The notes under the pieces were generated by a model. The model did not search any database, was not told where the DNA came from, and saw only the letters and a list, made by a program, of their open reading frames with translations. Shown here piece by piece: positions 17,829 to 27,634 of a stretch of DNA of 56,874 bases. The DNA is from Parcubacteria group bacterium (GTDB lineage Bacteria > Patescibacteriota > Minisyncoccia > Phycocordibacterales > CALRBT01): contig CALRBT010000004.1 of NCBI GenBank assembly GCA_943354475.1, positions 1 through 56,874 of the forward strand, written 5' to 3'. The first letter of the stretch is position 1. Each line of letters opens with the position of its first letter. The position numbers were made by a program, and so were the translations under genes.

Positions 17829-18536
17829 ATGGATGAAAAAGAAATTACAACTGAAGAAGTAGTCGTAGATGCCCCAGAGACAGTGGCTAACCCGGTCTCT
17901 GAGGTAGCTGACGGCGCACCTGTTCTCGATGTCGTCACTCCAGAGGAGGCGGCAGGAACTGCACTAAAGCCTGCGGGACGTTTTGTTCGAGGTGCGACCG
18001 ACACTCGTTCACGAAATCCACGAGCAAAGAAATTTAGCGCACCAAGGGAGCGAGTGAAGCCAGAATTTGATCAGAAGATTATTGATATTCGTCGCGTGGC
18101 TCGTGTGGTTGCTGGAGGACGACGATTTAGTTTCTCAGTTTCAATGATTGTCGGTAACCGCAAAGGTCAGGTAGGTGTTGGTCTTGGAAAAGGTTCAGAT
18201 ACACAGCTTGCAATCGATAAGGCAATGCGAGACGCTAAGAAGCACCTCATCAAGATTCCATTTACAAAAACATTTTCTATTCCTCACGATGTTGAGGCAA
18301 AGTATTCAAGTGCGCGCGTTATGATTATGCCAGCTAAAGGTAAGGGTCTTGTAGCAGGAGGTCCTGTACGAACAGTTCTTGAACTCGCTGGTGTAAAGGA
18401 TGTCGGCGCAAAGATTTTTTCGGGAAGTAAGAATCGTCTTAACAATGCACAAGCTGCGATTAAGGCACTCAGTCAGCTCAAGACTAAAAAGGTTACTACC
18501 CCTGCGGTGACTGCGGTTAACCCAGCTACTAACTAA
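17829..18536 (+). CDS. rpsE: 30S ribosomal protein S5 with a long N-terminal extension
   Basis: RVARVVAGGRRFSF and VAGG motifs. Confidence 0.97.
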   Translation: MDEKEITTEEVVVDAPETVANPVSEVADGAPVLDVVTPEEAAGTALKPAGRFVRGATDTRSRNPRAKKFSAPRERVKPEFDQKIIDIRRVARVVAGGRRFSFSVSMIVGNRKGQVGVGLGKGSDTQLAIDKAMRDAKKHLIKIPFTKTFSIPHDVEAKYSSARVMIMPAKGKGLVAGGPVRTVLELAGVKDVGAKIFSGSKNRLNNAQAAIKALSQLKTKKVTTPAVTAVNPATN

Positions 18537-18542
18537 ACGACT

Positions 18543-18986
18543 ATGCAACTTCATCAATTACAAAGAAAAACAAAGCTAGCGAAAAGTAGGCAAGTAGGTC
18601 GCGGTGGAACTCGAGGAAAGACTGCGGGTCGCGGTACCAAGGGTCAGAATGCTCGCGCAGGTCACAAGAAGCGTCCAGAGCTCCGAGATATTATTAAGAA
18701 GCTTCCAAAGCTTCGAGGACGTGGTATCTCACCATTCAAGAGTTTAGCTCCTGCTTCACTCATCATTAATATTGACTCTCTCGAGAAGAACTTTAAGGCA
18801 GGAGATGTTATTTCCTCAAGAGAATTGGTTGCCAAGAAACTCCTTACGATGCCAACCGGTAAGACACTTCCTGTTAAAATTCTTGGTAAGGGTGAAGTGA
18901 CCAAAAAGCTTACCCTCAAAGGATTTACTATTTCAGAGAGTGCTAAGGCGAAAATTGAGAAGGCGGGTGGTACAATAGTAGCCTAA
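18543..18986 (+). CDS. rplO: 50S ribosomal protein L15
   Basis: GRGGTRGKTAGRGTKGQNAR motif; KIEKAGG end. Confidence 0.97.
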   Translation: MQLHQLQRKTKLAKSRQVGRGGTRGKTAGRGTKGQNARAGHKKRPELRDIIKKLPKLRGRGISPFKSLAPASLIINIDSLEKNFKAGDVISSRELVAKKLLTMPTGKTLPVKILGKGEVTKKLTLKGFTISESAKAKIEKAGGTIVA

Positions 18987-19018
18987 GGGAACAGCGCGTT
19001 TCCTAACCTAACCAACGT

Positions 19019-20290
19019 ATGGGAAATTTCCTCACTAAAACAAAATTAATATTCACTGATGGGACGCTTCGAGCACGCATCCTCTTTGTTCTTGGTGCAC
19101 TCGTCTTCTTCAGACTACTTGCAGCTATTCCAATTCCAAGCGTTGACAAGCTTCGCCTTGAGGCATTTTTTGGTGATAATCAGTTTCTCGGACTGCTCAA
19201 CGTCTTTTCAGGAGGCGGACTCTCAAGTCTTTCCATCGTGATGCTCGGTGTTGGTCCGTATATTACCGCATCAATCATTATGCAGCTTTTGACCATGATG
19301 GTGCCAAAGCTCAAGGCGCTTTACCATGAGGAAGGAGAGGCGGGACGAAAACGATTTGCCCAGTACTCAAGGCTCATTACCATTCCGCTCGCTATTATCC
19401 AAGGCATTAGCTTTCTTATCATTCTTGAACGACAAGAGATTGTTCCGCACCTCGGGCTTCTTGCTTTTGGTATCAACGTCCTCATTATTACCGCTGGATC
19501 AGTCCTCTTGATGTGGATTGGAGAGCTGATGACTGAATTTGGTATCGGAAACGGTGTCTCACTCATCATCTTTGCAGGTATCGTCTCACAGCTTCCAACG
19601 ATGCTTGGACAATTACAATACACTTTTGATCCCGCACAGATTCCACTTTACCTCGCATTTCTCGTTGCCTCACTCCTAATCATTGCGGGGGTGGTGGTGG
19701 TGACAGAGGCCGAACGTCCGATCCCAATTACCTACGCCAAGCGCGTTCGTGGGTCAAAGATGTACGGAGGGGTTTCAACCTACTTGCCACTTCGAATCAA
19801 TCAGGCAGGTGTTATTCCAATCATCTTCGCGCTCTCAATACTTCTTTTCCCTCAGCTTATTTTCCAATTTCTTACGACGGTACAGAATCCCTTAGTTGCA
19901 TCAATTGCAAAGCATGGACTTGATTTTCTTGCTAATGGCTGGGCACACTCAATTCTCTACTTTATACTTGTATTCCTCTTTACTTACTTCTACACCGCAG
20001 TACAGTTTGATCCAGACGCACTTGCAACCAACCTCCAGAAGGGGGGAGCGTTCATCCCCGGCGTAAGGCCAGGGGCACCTACCTCAACCTATATTGCCAA
20101 GATCCTTACTCGAATCACCCTCGTTGGTGCAACCTTCCTTGGCTTTATCGCAGTCCTTCCATTTGCGATGCAACAGTTAACCTCAAACCAATCACTCGCT
20201 ATCGGTGGAACAGCTCTCCTTATCGCCGTTTCAGTGGTACTTGATTTGATTAAGAAGATTCAAGCACAGATCTCAATGCGCGAGTATTAA
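19019..20290 (+). CDS. secY: Preprotein translocase subunit SecY
   Basis: Multiple TM segments; LGVGPYITASII, GIGNGVSLII and GGAFIPGVRPG motifs. Confidence 0.98.
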   Translation: MGNFLTKTKLIFTDGTLRARILFVLGALVFFRLLAAIPIPSVDKLRLEAFFGDNQFLGLLNVFSGGGLSSLSIVMLGVGPYITASIIMQLLTMMVPKLKALYHEEGEAGRKRFAQYSRLITIPLAIIQGISFLIILERQEIVPHLGLLAFGINVLIITAGSVLLMWIGELMTEFGIGNGVSLIIFAGIVSQLPTMLGQLQYTFDPAQIPLYLAFLVASLLIIAGVVVVTEAERPIPITYAKRVRGSKMYGGVSTYLPLRINQAGVIPIIFALSILLFPQLIFQFLTTVQNPLVASIAKHGLDFLANGWAHSILYFILVFLFTYFYTAVQFDPDALATNLQKGGAFIPGVRPGAPTSTYIAKILTRITLVGATFLGFIAVLPFAMQQLTSNQSLAIGGTALLIAVSVVLDLIKKIQAQISMREY

Positions 20291-20325
20291 TTTAGGGGAT
20301 AGGTTTTAGGTTATAGGTGTTAGGA

Positions 20326-20370
20326 TAAAGCAACCCCCTCACTCGCAAGGCGAGTGAGGGGGTTGCTTTA
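20326..20370. terminator. Long hairpin terminator after secY
   Basis: Perfect 21-bp arms taaagcaaccccctcactcgc / gcgagtgagggggttgcttta. Confidence 0.75.
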
Positions 20371-20444
20371 TTGACAGTATTGATATAATAGTTTACAGTA
20401 TTAAAGGTGGATTCCCTCCAACCCTTTGTACACAGGAGCTCTCG

Positions 20445-20714
20445 ATGACAAACTCCAACGACACTCATCCCGAAGCAAGGGGTGATGAAGTGCTTCTTGC
20501 GAACATTGTTCCTGAGCGTATCCTTTACAACTTCGACGGCAGCAAAGGGCTCGAGGACTGGGACAGCACAGCTGATTGGAAGACCAGGCGGCTTGGCTTG
20601 GTAGCCTATAATCGGGACGGACAAATTCTCACTACAAGGAGACCTGTTTTTATTCAGTATTCCGAGTTCGCTGAATTCAGAAGGAAATTTGGATGGAAGC
20701 CTGGTCAAGAGTAA
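20445..20714 (+). CDS. Hypothetical protein
   Basis: 89 aa; AGGAG SD; TTGACA promoter at 20371; hairpin at about 20745-20772 downstream. Confidence 0.6.
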   Translation: MTNSNDTHPEARGDEVLLANIVPERILYNFDGSKGLEDWDSTADWKTRRLGLVAYNRDGQILTTRRPVFIQYSEFAEFRRKFGWKPGQE

Positions 20715-20834
20715 TTTGGGTCTTATCCGATTGGTCTCAAACGGAAGCCCTACAGAATTCGCTGTAGGGCTTTGTTGCTTCCAAAAATCCAAGGTCGGAC
20801 CTTGGATTTTATGGTATATAATCGAGGTATCGTG

Positions 20835-21110
20835 TTAGGGAAGATCTTTACTTCCGCTGTAATAAGCGGCGAGCACAGCTATCTGAAATGTAAAGGTAAA
20901 TACAAAAGCAAGGAGGGTACCCATAATAACAACCCATATATACATTCGAGGATTTTTTTGGAAATAGGTTGGTGTCCGCCAAAGAGAAATAAGTACGATT
21001 ATAGAAAAAAATATGCCAAGAATCGAAAACAGGTTGAGTCTTGCGGTTAAACTTGAAACGGCGAATAAGGAACTAACTAAACAAATTATGGTTGGTATTA
21101 GTTTGATCAT
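20835..21110 (-). CDS. Small membrane protein
   Basis: 91 aa with three hydrophobic segments. Confidence 0.6.
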   Translation of the reverse strand: MIKLIPTIICLVSSLFAVSSLTARLNLFSILGIFFSIIVLISLWRTPTYFQKNPRMYIWVVIMGTLLAFVFTFTFQIAVLAAYYSGSKDLP

Positions 21111-21272
21111 ATTTATATCTAAAGATTATCACAAATTATAATATGGAAGAAGTATAAGAGGAAACAGACCATTTTTGCTTTTTTAGCGCTTTACCTATAA
21201 GCTAAAATTATTATAGTCTCAACTTGCAAATCTGTGGAGTGTAAAATTAATTAGATAGAAAAAAATCATACC

Positions 21273-22028
21273 ATGAAACAACAAACCATAATCATCATAA
21301 TTCTCGCCTTAATAATTGTGGTTGGGAGTATGTTTTTATATACAAGTAAACAACGAAATGATAACAATGGGCTAAATAGTCAAAATCAAAAAATAGAAGA
21401 GTATAATCCTCAGATCAATCCCGCAGATTTCAGTACCACTATCACCAACAAATATTTCTCACTTCCTGTTGGTAAAAAAATGATCTACGAAGCCGAAACA
21501 AAAGATGGACTGGAAAAAATTGTAATAGAGGTAACATCGGAAACTAAAGTTATTGAAGGGGTCACGACGGTTGTGTATTTGGACACCGTTTATCTAAATG
21601 GTCAGCTACATGAAATTACTCGAGATTATCTTGCTCAGCACAGAAATGGTGACGTTTGGTATTTTGGAGAAGAGGTTGATAATTATGAAAATGGAAAGCT
21701 TAAAGATCATGCAGGAACATTTATCCATGGAAAGGATGGTGCAAAAGCAGGTATTTGGATGAAAGCTGAGCAGAAGGTTGGTGAATCGTATCGACAAGAA
21801 TACTTTAAAGGTGAAGCTGAAGATATGCGAGATGTTGTGGCTGCAGGCCTTACGGTTACTACCAAACTTGCAACGTATACTGACTGTGTAAAAGTCTATG
21901 ATTGGACCCCTCTTGATGTAAAATCAAGAGAGCATAAAACTTATTGTCCAAGTGTTGGATCACTTGTACTCAATGAACACCTTGAAACAGGTAAGAGGTC
22001 TGAACTCGTAGAAATAGTGAACCCCTAG
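21273..22028 (+). CDS. Secreted or membrane-anchored hypothetical protein
   Basis: N-terminal hydrophobic anchor, then a beta-rich domain (VWYFGEE, YCPSVG). Confidence 0.75.
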   Translation: MKQQTIIIIILALIIVVGSMFLYTSKQRNDNNGLNSQNQKIEEYNPQINPADFSTTITNKYFSLPVGKKMIYEAETKDGLEKIVIEVTSETKVIEGVTTVVYLDTVYLNGQLHEITRDYLAQHRNGDVWYFGEEVDNYENGKLKDHAGTFIHGKDGAKAGIWMKAEQKVGESYRQEYFKGEAEDMRDVVAAGLTVTTKLATYTDCVKVYDWTPLDVKSREHKTYCPSVGSLVLNEHLETGKRSELVEIVNP

Positions 22029-22075
22029 TTGCCGAAATCTGTCTTTGTGAGATAAGTGGAATGAATGTGAAGGCA

Positions 22076-22102
22076 AAAACCCAAGGTTCTACCTTGGGTT
22101 TT
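22076..22102. terminator. Hairpin, near-identical to the one at 22551
   Basis: aaaacccaaggt-tct-accttgggtttt. Confidence 0.65.
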
Positions 22103-22188
22103 GTTCTCAACCCCTATGATTAACGTTAGGGAGACTAATCCACAGTTGTACTTGATTTGCTAGAGTGGGGGGGGGTAAAATTCATCGT

Positions 22189-22530
22189 ATGAAAAAATCA
22201 TTTTATATTCTTCTTCTTGTTACTATTATCGTAATAATTATTTTTACGACGTACGTTATCCTACTTATAGGATCTATAGGTGGAGGGTCATCATCCGATC
22301 CATCTTGGTTATTACCCGCAGTAGCATCATTGCCAACTTTACTGCTAGCTTATCCAATCGCGAAGCTTTTTAAGAAAATTCGTAATCCTAATGATGGAGT
22401 TGATCAAATTAAGTCTGGAAACTCGTATGGTTGGGTTATCTCCACAATTTTAATCGGTCTTTTACTTGTTGCCTTACTCTGCTTCATATGCTTCTTATAC
22501 CTTTTTATGTTTGCGGTACCACGGGCTTAA
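22189..22530 (+). CDS. Membrane protein
   Basis: Three hydrophobic segments; ATG 22189 preferred over the track's GTG 22165. Confidence 0.6.
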   Translation: MKKSFYILLLVTIIVIIIFTTYVILLIGSIGGGSSSDPSWLLPAVASLPTLLLAYPIAKLFKKIRNPNDGVDQIKSGNSYGWVISTILIGLLLVALLCFICFLYLFMFAVPRA

Positions 22531-22550
22531 TTATCTTCAAGAAAAAAACG

Positions 22551-22587
22551 AAAGCAAAATCCAAGGTATAACCTTGGATTTTGCTTT
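22551..22587. terminator. Hairpin before adk
   Basis: aaagcaaaatccaaggt-ata-accttggattttgcttt. Confidence 0.65.
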
Positions 22588-22670
22588 TTTACCTGTTTAC
22601 CTATAAGCTAAAAGCTATAACCTAAGGGAGTGTAACGAACACTTATACCCTTTGGGTATAAAACTAACCA

Positions 22671-23267
22671 ATGTCCTCACTTCAAACATTTATTTTCATG
22701 GGACGTTCTGGCTGTGGTAAGGGGACACAGGGTAAGTTGCTTGAAACTGCACTCCGAGCAAGTGATTCCGAGCACGACATCCTCTATTTAGAGAGTGGAG
22801 ACATCTTTCGAAATTTTATTAAAGGAAATAATTATTCACAAAAACTCTCACGTGAAGTATATGAATCGGGGGCGCTCCAGCCAGAGTTTCTCGCGGTTTG
22901 GGCCTGGGCAAGTCTTTTGGTTGATAATATGGGTGGCAAGGAGCACCTGATTCTCGATGGCGTGCCTCGAAAACTTCGTGAGGCGCATGTACTCGATTCA
23001 GCATTTACATTCTATAAACGTGAGAAAATCAACATCGTCTATATCAACGTCAGTAGGGAATGGTCAAAGGAGCGACTGATGGCTCGTGGGAGAGTGGATG
23101 ACAACCATGATGATGTTGAAGTGAGACTCAACTGGTTTGATGTGGATGTAATGCCAGCGCTTAATTACTTTAAAGAAAATCCTGAGTACGTTTTCCACGA
23201 CATTAACGGTGAGCAGACGATTGAACAGGTTCACGCAGAGGTGCTGAAGAGCTTAGAGCTAAATTAA
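22671..23267 (+). CDS. adk: Adenylate kinase family protein
   Basis: P-loop GRSGCGKGTQ, LDGVPR and RGRVDD motifs; secY-adk-map context. Confidence 0.88.
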   Translation: MSSLQTFIFMGRSGCGKGTQGKLLETALRASDSEHDILYLESGDIFRNFIKGNNYSQKLSREVYESGALQPEFLAVWAWASLLVDNMGGKEHLILDGVPRKLREAHVLDSAFTFYKREKINIVYINVSREWSKERLMARGRVDDNHDDVEVRLNWFDVDVMPALNYFKENPEYVFHDINGEQTIEQVHAEVLKSLELN

Positions 23268-23277
23268 TTTTAAATTT

Positions 23278-24048
23278 ATGGGTGGCCTTATTAAAACAGC
23301 AGAGGAAATAGAGATACTGCGTGAGAGTGGAAGAAGATTGGCGGTGGTACTTGATACTTTAGCTCGTGCAGTAAAACCAGGAGTATCAACCTTTGATCTC
23401 GACGCATTGGCTTACAGACTCATCACCGAGGGTGGCGACAAGCCCGCATTTTTAAACTACAAACCAAAGGGGGCAATAAGACCTTTTCCAAATACTCTTT
23501 GCATTTCAGTTAATGCTGAGGTGGTTCATGGAATTCCACGGACAGATCACATTCTTAAAGAGGGGGATACGGTTGGACTCGATCTCGGATTATCTCATGA
23601 AGGGATGTTTACCGATCATGCTATTAGGGTGGCAGTGGGGGAAATCAGCAAGGAAGACAGGAAGCTCCTTGAAGCGACAAAAGAGGCGCTCTACCTTGGA
23701 ATCAAGGCTGCCAAGCACGGTAATCGAATTGGGGATATTGGTCACGCTATTTCTTTTTCAATAGAAAAGGCTGGTTTTAGTGTCGTAGAAGAGCTTGGAG
23801 GACACGGCTTGGGGTACAATGCTCATGAACCACCCGAAGTACCAAATACCGGCACCGCAGGGACGGGACGTAAATTAGAGCCTGGAATGGTTCTGGCCAT
23901 CGAACCAATTGTAAATGCTGGTAAACCTGACATCATTATCGATAGTGATAAGTGGACGATTAGAACAAGGGATGGTTCCCGTAGTTGTCAATTTGAACAT
24001 ACCATTTTGATTACCGAAGGAGAGGCGGAAATACTAACGAAACTTTAG
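23278..24048 (+). CDS. map: Type I methionine aminopeptidase
   Basis: CISVNAEVVHGIP, GHGLG, AIEP and FEHT metal-site motifs. Confidence 0.96.
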   Translation: MGGLIKTAEEIEILRESGRRLAVVLDTLARAVKPGVSTFDLDALAYRLITEGGDKPAFLNYKPKGAIRPFPNTLCISVNAEVVHGIPRTDHILKEGDTVGLDLGLSHEGMFTDHAIRVAVGEISKEDRKLLEATKEALYLGIKAAKHGNRIGDIGHAISFSIEKAGFSVVEELGGHGLGYNAHEPPEVPNTGTAGTGRKLEPGMVLAIEPIVNAGKPDIIIDSDKWTIRTRDGSRSCQFEHTILITEGEAEILTKL

Positions 24049-24081
24049 TTTTTAACTCAAAAACGATATACTTCTAGTATT

Positions 24082-26817
24082 ATGGAAGGTCCTGGTATAG
24101 CGCAAAAGAAATTTTCTTCACTTGAAGAAGAGGTTACGTATTTGCGAGGGCGTGTTGAAGAGAAGGAGCGGCTGATTCAGCATGAGGGGGGGACACTAGA
24201 TCACTCTGAGGTTGTTGTAGACGAGATAAGATCATATAGTAAGGAAAATGCAGCTGATGCTCTACATCCTGATTTTGCACTGGCTAAATCAGAGCAAGAC
24301 GCAATCGTCCTCGAGCTGAAACCAAAAGAGACTGATGCACAAATCAGCGAGCTTCTGGATATGCTTACCGGAAAAGGACTTCTTAATACTCTCAGTATCG
24401 TTGAGGGGCTTAATAATCCGCTCTTAGAGGATGATTTTCACCGATTTTTGGTCCAATATATCAAGACTGGCCACTCGCTACCTGGAATTAAGGAAAAGGA
24501 CCCACGTTTTAAGGCGCTCAAAATGACACTTTTCGAGATTGCCCTTCCTGAAAATGAAAAAGAGGACAATGAGCGAAGGGGATTCAAGGAGTTGGTTGCT
24601 TCAATGGAGCAGTTTTATCTCGGTATGCTCTCGGTTGGCAACGCGACTGATAATGATATTTATACGCTTGAGGTCGCTGTACCAAATCAAACACAAGAAG
24701 TGATTTTCTTTGCATCCGTTCCGGAAAGTCAGGGATCTCTTTTTGAAAAACAAATTCTCTCTATCTTTCCAAAGGCGAAAATCAACGAACTTAAAGAAGA
24801 TTACAACATCTTTGCTGATGGGGGCGCCTCTGCCGGCTCGAGTGTGACTTATGCCAAGAATCCAATTTTCCCCATCAAAATGGCTGATCAGTTTGAGTAC
24901 GATCCCCTCAACGTCGTATTAAACGCTTTTTCTCGAATTGCTCGTGAAGGTGAAGGTGCTGCTATGCAGATTGTTATTAGTCCAAAAGAGCGAGGGTTTA
25001 CTGACAAATATAAAGAGGCGCTCAATGAGATCAGTCGTGGAATGAAAGTTAAAGATGCAATCGACATTCGCATGTCTGGATTTGGAATTTTTACAAAAGA
25101 AGTAGGGCGATTTTTTAAAGATGGAGGAAAAAAGAAAGAGGAAGGGCAAAAAGAGAGTGAAAAGGATAGAGAGGCGGTTGAGAATATAAAGAAGAAAATT
25201 CTTTCACCAACTATCCAGACGAACATACGTTTAGTAACCTCAGCGACAAGTGAATCGAGAGCAGAAGGGATTCTCTCAGAGATTGAAGCAGCGTTTAACC
25301 AGTTTGAAGATTCTCAAGCTAATGCGTTCAAGTTTAACCGACAAAAGCGAGGGGCACTCAAGAAATTCATTACCAATTTCTCATTTCGTCTCTTTAGCCC
25401 TCAAGAAATGTTGCCAGTATCACTGAAGGAACTCATGGCAGTCTTTCACTTTCCTTCAATTGGTGTTATTGCAACCCCTGATCTCAAGCAGTCAAAAGCA
25501 GCGACTGCTCCAGCACCGGCATCCTTTGATACCAAGGGTATTCTTCTGGGCACTAATCTTCATCGCAACAACGAGGCTAATATTTACATGTCCCCATCTG
25601 ATCGAATGAGGCACTTCTATGTTATCGGACAAACAGGAACTGGTAAGTCGAACTTCTTGAAGAATATGGTTATTCAGGACATTCAAAGAGGGGATGGGGT
25701 CTGTATGATTGATCCGCATGGCTCCGATATTGTTGACGTTTTGGCGACGATTCCAAAAGAGCGCTATGAAGATGTGATTTACTTTGACCCATCCTATACC
25801 GCAAGACCAATGGGACTCAATATGCTTGAGTTCGATCAGAACTTCCCTGAGCAGAAAACATTTGTAGTAAATGAGTTGATGAGTATTTTCCGCAAACTCT
25901 TTGGTGCTGTACCAGAGTCAATGGGACCTGCCTTTGAACAATACTTCCGTAACAGTGCGCTTCTAGTGATGGCTGACCCTGAGTCGGGCTGTACTCTGAT
26001 CGAGGTTGGTCGGGTGATTTCTGACAAAGCCTTTAGAGATCTCAAGCTCTCCAAGTGTAAGGATCCAATCATTGCTCAATTTTGGAGAAATGCTGAAGAT
26101 ACCAAAGGGGAGCAGGACTTGGCAAACTTTGCGCAATACGTAACGAATAAGTTTGACGTGTTTACAACCAATGACATCATGCGACCAATCATTGCTCAGG
26201 CAAAGTCGAGTTTCAATTTTCGTGAAATTATGGATAACAAGAAGATTCTCTTGGTTAATCTATCCAAAGGACGACTGGGTGATATCAATGCCAACCTGAT
26301 CGGACTCGTTATTGTCGGTAAAATCCTGATGGCAGCACTCTCTCGTGTTGATAGCCTTGGAAAGGACTTGGCGCCGTTTTATCTCTATATTGATGAGTTC
26401 CAAAATATCACGACCGACTCGATCGCCACGATCCTCTCTGAAGCCCGTAAGTACAAACTCTCATTAACGGTGGCGCACCAATTTATTGCACAGCTCGAGG
26501 ATAAGATTAAGGATGCAGTCTTTGGTAACGTTGGATCAATCGCTGCTTTCCGGGTAGGTGCTGACGATGCTGAGTATCTGGAGAAACAATTCTCCCCAGT
26601 CTTTACCGCAAAGGATATTATGAATATTGAAAACTATAACGCTTACTTAAAAATTCTAGTTAACGGTACTCCAGAAAAGCCATTTAACGTTAAGACTCTA
26701 GCGTCGCCAAAAGGGGACAGTGGCATCGTTGATTCACTTCGTGAACTCTCGTATCTGCGCTTCGGCCGTGACCGAGAAGAGGTTGAGGCCGACATTATGA
26801 GGCGTTACGGTAAGTAA
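24082..26817 (+). CDS. Type IV coupling-protein-like (TraD/VirD4/HerA) ATPase
   Basis: Walker A GQTGTGKS, Walker B LYIDEFQ and SEARKY...AHQ motif; long N-terminal region. Confidence 0.8.
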   Translation: MEGPGIAQKKFSSLEEEVTYLRGRVEEKERLIQHEGGTLDHSEVVVDEIRSYSKENAADALHPDFALAKSEQDAIVLELKPKETDAQISELLDMLTGKGLLNTLSIVEGLNNPLLEDDFHRFLVQYIKTGHSLPGIKEKDPRFKALKMTLFEIALPENEKEDNERRGFKELVASMEQFYLGMLSVGNATDNDIYTLEVAVPNQTQEVIFFASVPESQGSLFEKQILSIFPKAKINELKEDYNIFADGGASAGSSVTYAKNPIFPIKMADQFEYDPLNVVLNAFSRIAREGEGAAMQIVISPKERGFTDKYKEALNEISRGMKVKDAIDIRMSGFGIFTKEVGRFFKDGGKKKEEGQKESEKDREAVENIKKKILSPTIQTNIRLVTSATSESRAEGILSEIEAAFNQFEDSQANAFKFNRQKRGALKKFITNFSFRLFSPQEMLPVSLKELMAVFHFPSIGVIATPDLKQSKAATAPAPASFDTKGILLGTNLHRNNEANIYMSPSDRMRHFYVIGQTGTGKSNFLKNMVIQDIQRGDGVCMIDPHGSDIVDVLATIPKERYEDVIYFDPSYTARPMGLNMLEFDQNFPEQKTFVVNELMSIFRKLFGAVPESMGPAFEQYFRNSALLVMADPESGCTLIEVGRVISDKAFRDLKLSKCKDPIIAQFWRNAEDTKGEQDLANFAQYVTNKFDVFTTNDIMRPIIAQAKSSFNFREIMDNKKILLVNLSKGRLGDINANLIGLVIVGKILMAALSRVDSLGKDLAPFYLYIDEFQNITTDSIATILSEARKYKLSLTVAHQFIAQLEDKIKDAVFGNVGSIAAFRVGADDAEYLEKQFSPVFTAKDIMNIENYNAYLKILVNGTPEKPFNVKTLASPKGDSGIVDSLRELSYLRFGRDREEVEADIMRRYGK

Positions 26818-26888
26818 TCTTAAGTTTTACAAATTTCTAAAAAAGGCTTATACTGCAACCTATTATTCTCATTTAAATACTCGTTTTT

Positions 26889-27494
26889 ATGGCTCATCAC
26901 AAAGAAGAAAGGACATTCGTAATCATTAAACCGGACGGCGTTCAGCGGACACTCATTGGCGAAATAATTGGCCGCTACGAGCGATTGGGATTAAAACTCG
27001 TGGCAATGAAGATGCTCGTGACCAACGAGGACCACGTTGAAGCGCACTATACCCTTGACCCTACCTGGCGAACTGTTACTGGAGAGAAAACAATCAAGAG
27101 CTACAAGGATAAAGGACTCACGCCCCCTTCTGAAGATCCACTTGAAATCACCGCCAAAATTCTTCTCGGTCTCAAGAAATACATGACCTCAGGCCCAATT
27201 GTTGCTATGGTTTGGCAGGGAGCGCATGCGGTAAAGATCGTTCGCAAAGTGACTGGAAGTACCGAACCTCTCTCATCTGATGTCGGCTCTATCAGAGGAG
27301 ACTTTGTGCTCGATTCCTACCAGATGTCTGATACTGACAGTCGTGCAATTCGAAACCTCGTACATGCGTCAGGTTCTCCCGAAGAGGCTGAAATGGAAAT
27401 TAAGCACTGGTTTAAACCAGAAGAGCTTACAAAGTATCGACTCATTGCCGACGAGATGCTCTATGATGTTAATATTGACGGGATTCTAGAATAG
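26889..27494 (+). CDS. ndk: Nucleoside diphosphate kinase
   Basis: TFVIIKPDGVQR and catalytic NLVHASGS motifs; TTTACA-17-TATACT promoter upstream. Confidence 0.93.
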   Translation: MAHHKEERTFVIIKPDGVQRTLIGEIIGRYERLGLKLVAMKMLVTNEDHVEAHYTLDPTWRTVTGEKTIKSYKDKGLTPPSEDPLEITAKILLGLKKYMTSGPIVAMVWQGAHAVKIVRKVTGSTEPLSSDVGSIRGDFVLDSYQMSDTDSRAIRNLVHASGSPEEAEMEIKHWFKPEELTKYRLIADEMLYDVNIDGILE

Positions 27495-27504
27495 GGAGTG
27501 TTAA

Positions 27505-27556
27505 GAGCGACACAAAACAAAAAACGCTGGAAGGCGTTTTTTGTTTTGTGTCGCTC
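27505..27556. terminator. Long hairpin terminator after ndk
   Basis: Perfect 23-bp arms gagcgacacaaaacaaaaaacgc / gcgttttttgttttgtgtcgctc. Confidence 0.75.
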
Positions 27557-27634
27557 GGTCTACCTCTCCTCCTTATAGGAAACGAGGCACTACTTCATTT
27601 CTTGATTCTTAATTTTTCTACGATATACTTGAGA

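Noticed and set aside
20292-20792. 166-aa minus-strand ORF
   Set aside because: It spans a terminator and promoter and is antisense to an SD-led 89-aa gene.
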